From a virus, in IMG/VR virus record IMGVR_UViG_3300045988_180405: a stretch of DNA of 54,751 bases; one strand, written 5' to 3'. Shown piece by piece: positions 25,766 through 35,059 of this stretch. Position numbers and translations under genes: made by a program. Under the pieces are notes generated by a model that searched no databases, was not told the origin of the DNA, and saw only the letters and a program-made list of their open reading frames with translations. How positions within the stretch are numbered: position 1 is the first letter of the stretch; each line of letters begins with the position of its first letter.

Positions 25766-26287
25766 TTAGATTTTGTATTCGTCCAGTCCGTCTATGCCCT
25801 GCGTGCCCGTCACAGTATAGCCCTGCGCCGTCATCCCGTTTGCAAATGCGTTCATTATGCGCCCGTCCTTGAGGTCGTCTATCATGCTGTTCCAGAAGGG
25901 GCGCGGCGGGATGTTGTCTCCCCAGTTGTAGCCCTCGGCTTTTTGCAGGATATAGATGAGATGGTCGCCGAATATCTGATGATTGTACGGCGTATTCTCT
26001 CCCTCCGGCTCATAAGAAAAATGCAGGCTGTTTCCTACAATTTCGGATGATATATTGCCCTCGTCCTCAATCGCCCTGCCACGTTCTGTATTCCCGCGGC
26101 GGCGCGTGTAGTGCTCGGGAGTGTACGCACCGAATAAATCGCTTTGCAAATGTTTTTGCAGTGCGTCTCTGATTTCGGCACTGACATATTCCAGCGCATA
26201 TGGAAATTTTGTTTCTATGTCCGCGAGAATATCTCTCAAATCGGCTTCCGCGCCGATTACGGAAATGCTCGATGTTATCATGTGCAT
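25766..26287 (-). CDS. Tail-associated protein (assembly chaperone position)
   Basis: Lies between the major tail and tape measure genes. Function is inferred from position only. Confidence 0.5.
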   Translation of the reverse strand: MHMITSSISVIGAEADLRDILADIETKFPYALEYVSAEIRDALQKHLQSDLFGAYTPEHYTRRRGNTERGRAIEDEGNISSEIVGNSLHFSYEPEGENTPYNHQIFGDHLIYILQKAEGYNWGDNIPPRPFWNSMIDDLKDGRIMNAFANGMTAQGYTVTGTQGIDGLDEYKI

Positions 26288-26304
26288 GCCACCTTTTTTT
26301 TAAA

Positions 26305-26337
26305 AATGTCCCGTCCCGAAAGCCGAGACGGGACATT
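26305..26337 (-). terminator. Stem-loop terminator/attenuator after the major tail gene
   Basis: 11-bp stem AATGTCCCGTC/GACGGGACATT followed by TTTT on the minus strand. Confidence 0.6.
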
Positions 26338-26344
26338 CAGAAAA

Positions 26345-27460
26345 TTACGCCGTTACCGTTACGTTGCAGTATGCAACAAGATTGCCGCCGGTACTGCGCG
26401 TAAGCGTTACCGTGATTTCGGTTGTGCCTGCGGCAACACCCTTTACAAGCCCGTTTGTATCAACGGTTGCCGTTGCGGGTGTCTTGGAAACGTATGTCAG
26501 GTCGGAATATACAGGCTGTACGGTAGAGCCGTCGGGCATGAAGTACTTTACGGGTACTCTCTCCGTTGAGCCTTTGGCTACAGTTATTCCCTCGCCGATT
26601 ATCGCGAGTGCCTCTACGGCGGATGTTGTGCCGCTGCAGGGGACGTACACATAGTATGCGTAGTTGCTGTCGTTGTTACCGCAAGCCGCGCAAGCCATAG
26701 CGTTGTCGTCGGGTGCGAGAGCCTGCCATGTGAGCGCGGTTGTGCTGTTTGAAGTCTGATTGCCGCTTATGCCTGCATCGCCGCCGAATTTTACGCGGGG
26801 AACATTGACATAGAGATAGCCTGCGAGGGGGCTGTTGCTTGTCTCGCCGTTTACCTTGGCAAAAATGCCGTACTTAAGCGTGAGTGCGAGAACGGCGGGA
26901 TTTGCGGAGGTGGGCAGTCCGAGATACTGTGTGGATGCGCTCTGCGTGAAGTAGAATACATCGTACTGCTTGCCGCTTATGGCGTTGAAGCCCGTCACCT
27001 GCTTTGTTGTCGGGTCGATGTAGTAGTTTGCGCCCATGTACTTTGCGGCGTTATGCTCGCGCAGTGTGCACCAGCATCCCGTGTCTGTTGCGGGCTGTGC
27101 ATAGTCCTTTACGGGCGTTTGCGTAACGGTGAGAGCCGCGCCTGTTGCGGTGATGGTCTCGCATACGGGGGTAATGCCGTTGTAGCCCATCGAGCCGCCT
27201 GTCTGGAGCTGACGCAGACCGAGAGAAAATGCCTGCGATGTGTAAGAACCCGAAAGTCTTGTTGTATCGGGTATGAGGTCTACAAGCTTGTTGAGGAAGC
27301 CGCCTTCGACTGCCTGAAGGTTGAATGTGTAGTTGATTGCGCCCTCGGAGGGTATGTTGTCGTATGCCACGATATTGCCCGTTGCGGGGTCGCGCACCGT
27401 CATTTCCACAAGACCCTTTGCAATGAGATTGGGGTCGCCGAAATTGAAGATTGTGTTCAT
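26345..27460 (-). CDS. Major tail protein with a C-terminal Ig-like (Big_2-type) domain
   Basis: C-terminal segment ITVAKGSTERVPVKY...TATVDTNGLVKGVAAGTTEITVT. Followed by a terminator. AAGGAG SD. Confidence 0.65.
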   Translation of the reverse strand: MNTIFNFGDPNLIAKGLVEMTVRDPATGNIVAYDNIPSEGAINYTFNLQAVEGGFLNKLVDLIPDTTRLSGSYTSQAFSLGLRQLQTGGSMGYNGITPVCETITATGAALTVTQTPVKDYAQPATDTGCWCTLREHNAAKYMGANYYIDPTTKQVTGFNAISGKQYDVFYFTQSASTQYLGLPTSANPAVLALTLKYGIFAKVNGETSNSPLAGYLYVNVPRVKFGGDAGISGNQTSNSTTALTWQALAPDDNAMACAACGNNDSNYAYYVYVPCSGTTSAVEALAIIGEGITVAKGSTERVPVKYFMPDGSTVQPVYSDLTYVSKTPATATVDTNGLVKGVAAGTTEITVTLTRSTGGNLVAYCNVTVTA

Positions 27461-27472
27461 TATTTTTCTCCT

Positions 27473-28270
27473 TTACTTGTTAAATACTTTTCCTATTTCG
27501 GACAGCGGCATCGTGCCGCATTCGTCCGCTTTGATATCAAATTCCCAGCATGGCGCGGGATTTCCTTTTTTGAATGATACCATTCCCGAGAGTTCTGCCG
27601 TGCCGTACATCTGATATCGCTTGTCACGCTGAATCGCTTTGCGTCGGTTTTCAAATTCGCGCACAGTCCATTCGTTTATATCGCGTTCTCTTATGCCCGA
27701 TTGATAGGCAACGGAAGCTATGAGGTCATCGGTGTTTATATCGAGGCTTATATCGTTGTCGGATTTTGCCAGAAGCTCTGCGTCCTTTACAAGCTCCGCA
27801 TTTTCGCTTTCGTCCGGCAGCTTTAGTCCGTTTTGCTCGGCTATAAGCGGTCTGATGATATTTGAAAATTCGCGTGCAGTCACCCTGACGGCTTTCCCGT
27901 TTTGAAAAAATTCAAGCTCCGAGAGGCTTATTCCTTTTTCGTCTCTGATTACGGTAGCATGCTCTAATATTTCGCCCATGTCAAATCCAATCCGCAGGGA
28001 CAGACATGTAAGCGTCAATATTCGGGCGAATATTCCCGCCGTGGGATTGCCTTCGAGTGCCGCGTCGGTTTCCATTGCAAAGACAGCCGAAAGATAGTTG
28101 CGGCATGAATACTTGACAGGGAGCGTACCCAGCCGCAGAAGTAAGGCATCTTTGCAAGCCGAAAATTCCTCGTAGTTTTCCATTGTTATCGGGTAAAAGC
28201 AAAGCCCGCACGCCTCTGTTGGTTCTCCGTTCCGGATTGCCTTGCTTCTTATGGACTTATGCGCGTTCAT
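27473..28270 (-). CDS. Hypothetical virion/assembly protein (265 aa)
   Basis: Lies in the late operon. Ordinary composition. Confidence 0.6.
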   Translation of the reverse strand: MNAHKSIRSKAIRNGEPTEACGLCFYPITMENYEEFSACKDALLLRLGTLPVKYSCRNYLSAVFAMETDAALEGNPTAGIFARILTLTCLSLRIGFDMGEILEHATVIRDEKGISLSELEFFQNGKAVRVTAREFSNIIRPLIAEQNGLKLPDESENAELVKDAELLAKSDNDISLDINTDDLIASVAYQSGIRERDINEWTVREFENRRKAIQRDKRYQMYGTAELSGMVSFKKGNPAPCWEFDIKADECGTMPLSEIGKVFNK

Positions 28271-28502
28271 CTTTTCCGTGAGCCTCCGATTCGTTTCGTC
28301 TCACTCTGTATTGATAGCATTCCCGCGCACCTTCGGTATTTTCTGCCCGCCCCGAGCAGGTGCAGAAGTGCTGATGTGCGCAGAATGCGCCGAGTGCCGA
28401 TTTTTCGTCATTGAGATTTGTCGCCTTGTCGATAAGGTCTGCGCATATGAGATAGCGCAGATGAGTAAGCCGTTTGCTGTAAGGGCATATGTACTTGTCC
28501 AT
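28257..28502 (-). CDS. Small Cys-rich protein (81 aa)
   Basis: MDKYICPYSKRL...CAHQHFCTCSG. Start chosen at the ATG adjacent to the upstream stop. Confidence 0.5.
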   Translation of the reverse strand: MDKYICPYSKRLTHLRYLICADLIDKATNLNDEKSALGAFCAHQHFCTCSGRAENTEGARECYQYRVRRNESEAHGKDERA

Positions 28503-28504
28503 AT

Positions 28505-30040
28505 TTAATATCCCTCCAGTTCTATTGTCGTGCTTATCTGCCGGTTGCCGCAAACCGCCGTAACGGTTAAGGGAACATCGCTCGATTTCAGACAGCTTAT
28601 TTTTACGGCGTTGGATATGCCCATCAGCTCGCCGCTCTTTATTTCGAGAGATGCCACGGCGTATCTTGCGTCGTCGCTGTACTGTATGAGAGAGCCGCTG
28701 TCCGCAATCTGCAGCTGTGAGCCTGTGTACTCGTCTCCCGCCGTATAGCTGTGCGTCAGAATGCCGTTTCCCGCATTTGTGTCCGCTATGGAATTGAGTA
28801 TGTCATCGGAGGCTATGGGCGTAATCGAGTAGCATTCCGGCAAAGCACCCGAGAAAAGCCATGTTACGGGTCGTGCGGTGGAAAATCCGCCGTCAAATCC
28901 CGTTGCGTTAAGTATGGCGTCGGTGTATTGCTTTATGCTCTTCGGCACATTACCGCGGAATTGCAGGTTTTCTTCTCCGTTTGTGCTTATTGTCATCTCC
29001 GCCGCAGCCGATACATTCGGATTTTGCAGGAGAGTGGCGGTTATCACGGCATTACCTGCCTTTATGCCCGTCACAAGCCCGCTTTCGCTGACCGTTGCCG
29101 TTTCCTCATCCGAAGAAGTCCATTTCCATGTCAGAGGCATATCATCGGGGCTTTTGGCTTCGCCGTTTACCCTGAAAATCGCGTTCAGATATGAAGGTTT
29201 TCCTATAGCCAAATCACGGTTTCCCGAAATTTCCGCGGTGAAGCTGTTTGCATTGCCGCCCGCTATGAAGTTTTCGGTCACGTCATCGGTTATGTTCGGC
29301 TCTTCTATGCGCACGGTGAATTTCAGCAGGTGGCAACTGTCCCTGTCGCCTGAAAATTCCTGCATGAAGTCGGTAAATCCGGTTATCCTGTAGGGCTTTG
29401 TGCCGAGGACTATGCGCATGTTGTGCCCCAGCCTGCGCGTATTTTCGTTAAGTTGCGCGGTTATGTTGAAATAGCCCTCGGGGAGCATCACGTTCTGTCC
29501 CTTCACATCCGCGTTTGCCTGCATGGCATAGCTCTCGGCGATTATCGGCTCTGTTATTACATTGCCGTAGTCGTCATAGCTGTTGTATGAGGCGTTGCAT
29601 CTTGTAATGAGCGCAGTGCATCTTGCGCTTGACATATTGGAAGGCATTGTGCATATCCATGTACTGCCCATCGTTTTTATCTTCGCACCTATTGGGAAGT
29701 AGTCTATGCGTTCGCTGTCGAAAAGAATTTCCTTGTAGTCGTCTGTTCTTTTGACAACCTTTGCCGAAGCGTCGAGGTTTTCCGCAAGCCGCACGGTTGT
29801 TTCCGTCCATTCGTAAAAATCCGGCGTTAAGCCCTGAACGGCGGCGGAAACATAGTCGGTGGCGTATTTTGCCCGCTCCGCGTCAAATTTTACCGTCCGC
29901 GGTGCCATATATTGCCTGCGCCTGTCGGCATACTGCGGCGGCGCGTTGCTCTGCGGCACATTTACCGCCGTGCGAAAGCCGAAGCTCTGCTTTATGTATT
30001 TTTCACTCTGATTCACGTTTTTCACCGCCTTTTGCAGCAT
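28505..30040 (-). CDS. Structural protein with an Ig-like (Big_2-type) domain (511 aa; start uncertain)
   Basis: Segment ATVSESGLVTGIKAGNAVITATL. Overlaps the upstream ORF by 38 nt and has a weak SD, so the true start may be internal. Confidence 0.65.
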   Translation of the reverse strand: MLQKAVKNVNQSEKYIKQSFGFRTAVNVPQSNAPPQYADRRRQYMAPRTVKFDAERAKYATDYVSAAVQGLTPDFYEWTETTVRLAENLDASAKVVKRTDDYKEILFDSERIDYFPIGAKIKTMGSTWICTMPSNMSSARCTALITRCNASYNSYDDYGNVITEPIIAESYAMQANADVKGQNVMLPEGYFNITAQLNENTRRLGHNMRIVLGTKPYRITGFTDFMQEFSGDRDSCHLLKFTVRIEEPNITDDVTENFIAGGNANSFTAEISGNRDLAIGKPSYLNAIFRVNGEAKSPDDMPLTWKWTSSDEETATVSESGLVTGIKAGNAVITATLLQNPNVSAAAEMTISTNGEENLQFRGNVPKSIKQYTDAILNATGFDGGFSTARPVTWLFSGALPECYSITPIASDDILNSIADTNAGNGILTHSYTAGDEYTGSQLQIADSGSLIQYSDDARYAVASLEIKSGELMGISNAVKISCLKSSDVPLTVTAVCGNRQISTTIELEGY

Positions 30041-30236
30041 TTCCGCGGAAAATCACATTTTCCCCTTCGTAATAGATTACTGCGGCGTTTTTCCCGTCTG
30101 CCCTGCATTCAAAGGCAAGCCCGCGTCCTTTTGCGCCTGCGGTATATGCGGCGGAAAGGAGCTTTTCAAGCTCTTCCCGCGTAAATTCCGCTTTTCCGTT
30201 TTTGCCGAAGCTTATGTCGGCGATTATATTCTGCAT
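30003..30236 (-). CDS. Small hypothetical protein (77 aa)
   Basis: Lies in the late operon. Confidence 0.5.
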   Translation of the reverse strand: MQNIIADISFGKNGKAEFTREELEKLLSAAYTAGAKGRGLAFECRADGKNAAVIYYEGENVIFRGNAAKGGEKRESE

Positions 30237-30246
30237 GCTTTCCTCC

Positions 30247-30963
30247 TCATCCCAGCCTTATGTTCGGGTTGTTCCCGAAGAGCGGCATGTTTTCAAATTC
30301 GGTATGGCTTTTATTTGCGGTAGTGGCAATTTCAAGCGCAATAGTGAGCTGCCTGCCCACATTTGTGTCTCCGTCGAATATAGCCTTGCTTCCGCAGTCG
30401 GGATGCTTCGATTTTGCCATGAAAAACGTGCCTATGCCGTCCATTGATACGCCGTGCAGAGCCTCTATGATAGCCTGCTCTATGGCAAAGCAACGGCTGT
30501 ATTCGTCGCTTTTGGTATTGCTCTCATAGGTGTAGTGCGTCCAGATGAAGAAGTTCACGCCGATGCATATCTTAAATTCGTCGTTCGACGGCACCGTCCG
30601 TCCCATGTAGACGTAAATCCGCGTCTGCGCATCGGTCTGCGCGGGCTTTATGTATACCTGCGGGATAAGACGATAGCCTTTGTCGGTGGGCGGTTTCTCG
30701 GGGCTGTCGGCATCGAATACAACGCTCATTTTCTGCTGTATTGTCGGCAGCGGCTCGCCGAGAGGCTTTGCGCCGTCATAATAGAGATATTTCCAGAGGC
30801 GGCATCGCGAATATGCGTTGTCATCCGGCGGCGTGTATTCCCCTTTCGGCGCGTCAATCAGATAGTCGCAGATTTTTCTCGGTATTTTCTCCGCACCCTC
30901 GAGTTTAAAGTAACTGTCCTGAACGCAGAGATACGGATACCACTGCGTATATGCCTCGCTCAT
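30247..30963 (-). CDS. Head-tail joining/neck-region protein (hypothetical)
   Basis: AAGGGTG SD. ATGA overlap with the upstream gene. Function is inferred from position. Confidence 0.6.
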   Translation of the reverse strand: MSEAYTQWYPYLCVQDSYFKLEGAEKIPRKICDYLIDAPKGEYTPPDDNAYSRCRLWKYLYYDGAKPLGEPLPTIQQKMSVVFDADSPEKPPTDKGYRLIPQVYIKPAQTDAQTRIYVYMGRTVPSNDEFKICIGVNFFIWTHYTYESNTKSDEYSRCFAIEQAIIEALHGVSMDGIGTFFMAKSKHPDCGSKAIFDGDTNVGRQLTIALEIATTANKSHTEFENMPLFGNNPNIRLG

Positions 30964-31547
30964 GATTTTTCACCCTTTTTGTGATTTTCTGCTGCCTTTT
31001 CTTTTATTACCCTCTGCTTTTCGCCGAGTTCATTCGCCGCCTTTTTGAGTTCATCATAGAGCTTCTTCACGTTTTCGGGGTCTGCCATTATCGACATTCC
31101 GGCTGTGAAACGCGCTATGGAATCGTTTTCCGTGCATCTCTGATTGTATATTTCGATGTTTACCGCTTTTTCGAGCTCCTTGTAGTCGGCAAGTATCGCA
31201 AAGGCGATTTCTTTTACCTCCGCGTCCTTTTTGAAGCCCTCGAGCTGCGCCGGCAGACGTGAGGCGGCATAGAGGTCATAGTCGTTCTCCGTGAAAGGTG
31301 CCGTCAGCTCGATATCGAGGTAGAATGTCAGAAGCACGGACATCAGCTGCATCTGCTTTATCGCGTAGCTTTCGGTTTTCAGATAAGGAAGAGCGAGTAT
31401 CTTTTCGCCATCTTTGTTTTGCTCCGCCGTCGGTGCTTCGCAAAGAACGTTCTTCGCTATTGTCGCCGCCACATCGGCTTTCGTACCGATAGGCATGTAA
31501 GTATTTGCTTTTTTGAGCATTTCGCGGGTTATGATAAATTTCTCCAT
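30960..31547 (-). CDS. Head-tail joining/neck-region protein (hypothetical)
   Basis: GAGGT SD. Function is inferred from position. Confidence 0.6.
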   Translation of the reverse strand: MEKFIITREMLKKANTYMPIGTKADVAATIAKNVLCEAPTAEQNKDGEKILALPYLKTESYAIKQMQLMSVLLTFYLDIELTAPFTENDYDLYAASRLPAQLEGFKKDAEVKEIAFAILADYKELEKAVNIEIYNQRCTENDSIARFTAGMSIMADPENVKKLYDELKKAANELGEKQRVIKEKAAENHKKGEKS

Positions 31548-31555
31548 ATTTTACC

Positions 31556-32290
31556 TCACAGTTTAAGTATTCCTCTCGGAAAAGTCTGCTTATACCAGTC
31601 GTTTTGTTCGAGCTTCCGCATTTTGCTGTAAAGCTCATTTTCCGCATCGCGGTAGGTTCTCCGGCTTTCCGCCATGTGATTTGCCGCGTTCTGCTGCTTG
31701 AATGCCTTGTCCTCCGTTTTCGGCACATTAGAGAGCCAGTTGTTTTTTTCGCGTTTAAGCCAAGCCACTTCAAAGCAAAGCCCGAGAATGCTCATTACCT
31801 CTCTGTTCAGATTTGCTTCGAAGCGTCCGTCCGTGTAGAAGTCGAAGTCAAATACCGTTCCCTGCGGCACGGTACGGCTTTCCCCTGCATTTATCGTTAC
31901 GGTGCCGTTTTCCGCGTCGTATGTGCATATGGGAGAGGGCTCATACCATGCGTCTCCGAGCGAGTTTACACGTACCGTCTGCGCCGCAAATAGCTCATAG
32001 CCCGTATATCCGGAAGGCAAAGTGATTGTCAGCGGCTCTATCAGCTCCGCTTCCGTCGCATATCGGTAGGTTGTGAATGCAGGCTCGGTGAAGCGCGGCT
32101 TTTCCGATGTGCCGAATAAATATTCCGGTATTTCGGGCGGAGTGCTGAAAAGCCCTATTTTGGAATTGAGATATCCCCACATAGTCCATGCGTAGGAGGG
32201 TGCATCGGCGGCTTTCTTTTCCGTGAGCCTTATATCATCTATCAGAGGCTCGCAGTATTCGGTTATTATTTTCAGTATAGGTGTGGGCAT
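31556..32290 (-). CDS. Head-tail joining/neck-region protein (hypothetical)
   Basis: AGGAGGAAG SD. Function is inferred from position. Confidence 0.6.
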   Translation of the reverse strand: MPTPILKIITEYCEPLIDDIRLTEKKAADAPSYAWTMWGYLNSKIGLFSTPPEIPEYLFGTSEKPRFTEPAFTTYRYATEAELIEPLTITLPSGYTGYELFAAQTVRVNSLGDAWYEPSPICTYDAENGTVTINAGESRTVPQGTVFDFDFYTDGRFEANLNREVMSILGLCFEVAWLKREKNNWLSNVPKTEDKAFKQQNAANHMAESRRTYRDAENELYSKMRKLEQNDWYKQTFPRGILKL

Positions 32291-32304
32291 CTGCTTCCTC
32301 CTGA

Positions 32305-33042
32305 TTATTCTGCGGCTTCCGCAAGCCCCTTTGCCATATCTTTGAGAATGGATTTGAACATTCCCTCGGGGTCTGTTTTCTTTGAAACTTCATTGAGCTT
32401 CTGCACGAGATACTGATTTATGCGGTTGTCACGCGCCATATATGCATCGATAAAAAGCGTTGCGATAAGCTGTTTGTGTCGGTAGCAGGCTTTGTCGAAA
32501 ATCGCAAGGATTTTCTCCTCGGGCATGTCGAGCAGTTTGTGATAGATGTCCGCGCCGAGAAGCTCGCCGTCGGTGTATTTCACGCCGTATCTTTCTCTCT
32601 CCTCGTCCGTCATGCCGTCAAGGATTATGAGGCGTCTGTCTTTAAGCCTGCGAAGAATATTCGGGGTGAGATTCTGCAGAAATTCTCTTTTGTTTATGTC
32701 TCTTGTGCCGCCTCTGCCCTGTATCTGTCCGAGCTTTTCGTTGAGAGGTACGGTAGAGCCCTCCGCCACGCATCCCATATAGAGCAATGTGACCGTTTCG
32801 TCTGCCGGTCTGTATGCCGCCTGCTGTTTTGCTATGCCCGCCACCGCGTCCGCAACAGCCTTGTCCACTGCCTCGGCAATCATCTTTTCAACCTCGGATG
32901 CATCGTAGGTCTTTTCGGTCTTTTTTTCCGTAACCTCGGCGGGAGCTGCCGCGGCTTTCGGCGTTGTTGCTTTCTGTGTTGCCGCTTTTGCCTTGCCTGC
33001 GTTTGTCGCTTTTGTTCCGGTTGTTTTCTTTTCCTCTGCCAT
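32305..33042 (-). CDS. Hypothetical head-associated protein with an Ala/Lys/Thr-rich N-terminus
   Basis: AAGGAG SD. Lies downstream of the capsid gene. Confidence 0.6.
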   Translation of the reverse strand: MAEEKKTTGTKATNAGKAKAATQKATTPKAAAAPAEVTEKKTEKTYDASEVEKMIAEAVDKAVADAVAGIAKQQAAYRPADETVTLLYMGCVAEGSTVPLNEKLGQIQGRGGTRDINKREFLQNLTPNILRRLKDRRLIILDGMTDEERERYGVKYTDGELLGADIYHKLLDMPEEKILAIFDKACYRHKQLIATLFIDAYMARDNRINQYLVQKLNEVSKKTDPEGMFKSILKDMAKGLAEAAE

Positions 33043-33073
33043 TTTTGTTTTCTCCTTTGGAAAATTTTATTTT

Positions 33074-33137
33074 CGGGAACTGCGGGAGTTGCACCCGCCT
33101 GTTCTGCTGTTCCCGTGACGGGGGCATTTCTGCCCCC
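33074..33137 (-). terminator. Two stem-loops downstream of the capsid gene (attenuator/terminator candidate)
   Basis: GGGGGCA-gaaa-TGCCCCC and CGGGAAC...GTTCCCG, followed by an A/T-rich run on the minus strand. Confidence 0.4.
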
Positions 33138-33150
33138 ATTAAGCGCGTGC

Positions 33151-34398
33151 TTATGCCTTAATCTGGAATATCTTGGAAGAAAATGCAGGTGCGATATCGC
33201 ATATGATTGTCTCGGAGATATGTACCTTCATATCGGCGGATTCCGTGGGTGTGAACTCGATTGTGATGGGCGAGCCGTCGGCAATTACGCCTACCATGGG
33301 CGCATAGCCTACCTTTGCCACGATGTAGATGTTCTCCTGTGTCGGGTCGTCGAGGCTGATAAACTGCGGGTTGTAGTTCTGCGTGCCGGGTACTACGGCG
33401 AGACCAACCTCCACGAGGTCTACGCCCGCGACATTGCCGAGGAAGCCGTTGCGGACATATTCAACACCGATTTCGCCCTGAATGCCTGCTACGGCACCGC
33501 CCGTGCCGACAGTGGGAAGCACCTGCGAAAGTCCCGCGAGTGTACCGAGTGCCATAAGCTCGGTGCGTCTGACGCCGTTCAAAGCGGAAGCTTTCATCAC
33601 AGCCTCATTCCAGTGCTCGGGAGTATAGCCTTCAAGGATGTTGCCTGACGGCAGATACTTCGTGTTTGTAATGGCGGATTTGAATTTTTCGACCGTTGTT
33701 GCAAACATCTTGTTGATTGCGCCGCGTGCGAAAGCGGAATAATACCTGCCCGCCTCGCCGTCTATGACATCCTGATACCACTTTATGCTTGCCTTTGCGG
33801 TATAGGGCTTCGGAGTGAGCGCAATCTGGGATTTGTAGAGATACTGCTCGGGCTTGCTCGATACGGAACCCCAAGAATCGTCCTCATAGAGGAAGAAATC
33901 GTTGGATTCGATGTCTATGAGCTTTGTCTCGCCGAGCCTGCCCGTAGTCCATGAGATAATTCTGTCTGTGGGAGCGTCCATGTATGCGGGAAGAAGCGGA
34001 TAGATTACTTCTTCCGTGATGGTCTGCAGAGCTCTCCAGAACGTTCTGTCGCGATAGAGACCTCTGTCCTTGGCTACCTCGTCCATTGTGGAGTAGGGCT
34101 CTTTGCCTATGGCTCTGTTAGCCTGTGCGGCGCAGAAGAGTACTGTGTCTACCCAAGTGTTACGCGAAAATGTAGCGTAATCCTCAACCTTGGAATTGTA
34201 CTTGAAGGGGTTGTTTGCATCTGCATTTACGCATTTGCCGAGATATTCGGCTGCGGCAATTCTGCCGCAGCTTATAATCTTGTTGCGGTCAAGAGTATGT
34301 GTTGCACCGGAAGCGGCGCATACCTTTATCTGTTCGTTGTTTGCCGATGTATAAGAAAAAATATCTCTCGGCAGATTGTTAAGAACTTTTCCGTTCAT
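33151..34398 (-). CDS. Major capsid protein (HK97-fold expected)
   Basis: 415 aa, follows the protease/scaffold and a small head protein, has a strong GAGAGGAG SD and is followed by stem-loops. Function is inferred from position and size. Confidence 0.7.
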   Translation of the reverse strand: MNGKVLNNLPRDIFSYTSANNEQIKVCAASGATHTLDRNKIISCGRIAAAEYLGKCVNADANNPFKYNSKVEDYATFSRNTWVDTVLFCAAQANRAIGKEPYSTMDEVAKDRGLYRDRTFWRALQTITEEVIYPLLPAYMDAPTDRIISWTTGRLGETKLIDIESNDFFLYEDDSWGSVSSKPEQYLYKSQIALTPKPYTAKASIKWYQDVIDGEAGRYYSAFARGAINKMFATTVEKFKSAITNTKYLPSGNILEGYTPEHWNEAVMKASALNGVRRTELMALGTLAGLSQVLPTVGTGGAVAGIQGEIGVEYVRNGFLGNVAGVDLVEVGLAVVPGTQNYNPQFISLDDPTQENIYIVAKVGYAPMVGVIADGSPITIEFTPTESADMKVHISETIICDIAPAFSSKIFQIKA

Positions 34399-34430
34399 TT
34401 TTATTCTCCTCTCGTTTTCTTATGTACTGA

Positions 34431-35048
34431 TTAGGCGGATGCCTTTACACTGCGCAGACATTTGCAGGTTATCTTCTGTCCTGCATCGAATGTGCCCTCT
34501 GTAAATCTCTTGGAAATATCCACTATCTCAAAGTAGACGCTTCCGTCTGTGGGAGCGGCAGCGGCGGCAACGAGCTTGCCGTTTGCGATTGTCGCATAGG
34601 GTGTGGCGGTGAGACTTGTGGGAAGGGTTGAAAAGTTGTCGCTGCCCCAGTTGTAGCTTTCGCCTACGATTATTTCGGTGAAATCGCCTCTTTCGTCTGC
34701 GGGGAGCGGAAGTCCGAGGGTCTTGCCGGGGATGTTGATTACGAGGTCACCCGCCGTTGCCTTGTTCACATCGTATGTATTGCAGGCGTAAAGACCCGTA
34801 TGGTCGCCTGTGAAGCCTGTGACAGTACCGTTTGCAGCCGCTACCATGTACCAGCTGTTTCCGTTTTTAAGCCCTGCCGCAGAGTAGCCCTCGAGGGGAA
34901 GTCTGCCCTTTGTTGCGCAAAGAAAACCCGCCTGACATTCCGCCGGTGTAAAGGTATCGCCGCTGAAAGAGCCGAATTTACCCGTTATGTTCTGGAGGTT
35001 GTTTCTCTGCGAGTTTGAAATATATACTTCAAATCTGTAATTAGCCAT
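34431..35048 (-). CDS. Head protein (decoration/auxiliary candidate, 205 aa)
   Basis: AAGGAG SD. Lies between the scaffold and capsid genes. Beta-rich. Confidence 0.55.
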   Translation of the reverse strand: MANYRFEVYISNSQRNNLQNITGKFGSFSGDTFTPAECQAGFLCATKGRLPLEGYSAAGLKNGNSWYMVAAANGTVTGFTGDHTGLYACNTYDVNKATAGDLVINIPGKTLGLPLPADERGDFTEIIVGESYNWGSDNFSTLPTSLTATPYATIANGKLVAAAAAPTDGSVYFEIVDISKRFTEGTFDAGQKITCKCLRSVKASA

Positions 35049-35059
35049 GTTTTTTCTCC

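Noticed and set aside
21862-26050. Numerous plus-strand ORFs inside the tape-measure region (for example 22651-23430, 23930-24394, 25415-26050).
   Set aside because: These are antisense shadows of a long Ala/Lys/Glu-rich gene. Their products are Phe/Leu/Ser/Arg-rich low-complexity strings without SDs.
32476-33648. 390-aa plus-strand ORF overlapping the capsid region. Similar long plus-strand ORFs occur at 35750-36397, 37904-38674, 39569-40474 and 41335-42798.
   Set aside because: All lie opposite minus-strand ORFs that have strong SDs, start/stop coupling and normal protein composition. The plus-strand products are Arg/Phe/Leu/Cys-rich antisense-type sequences.
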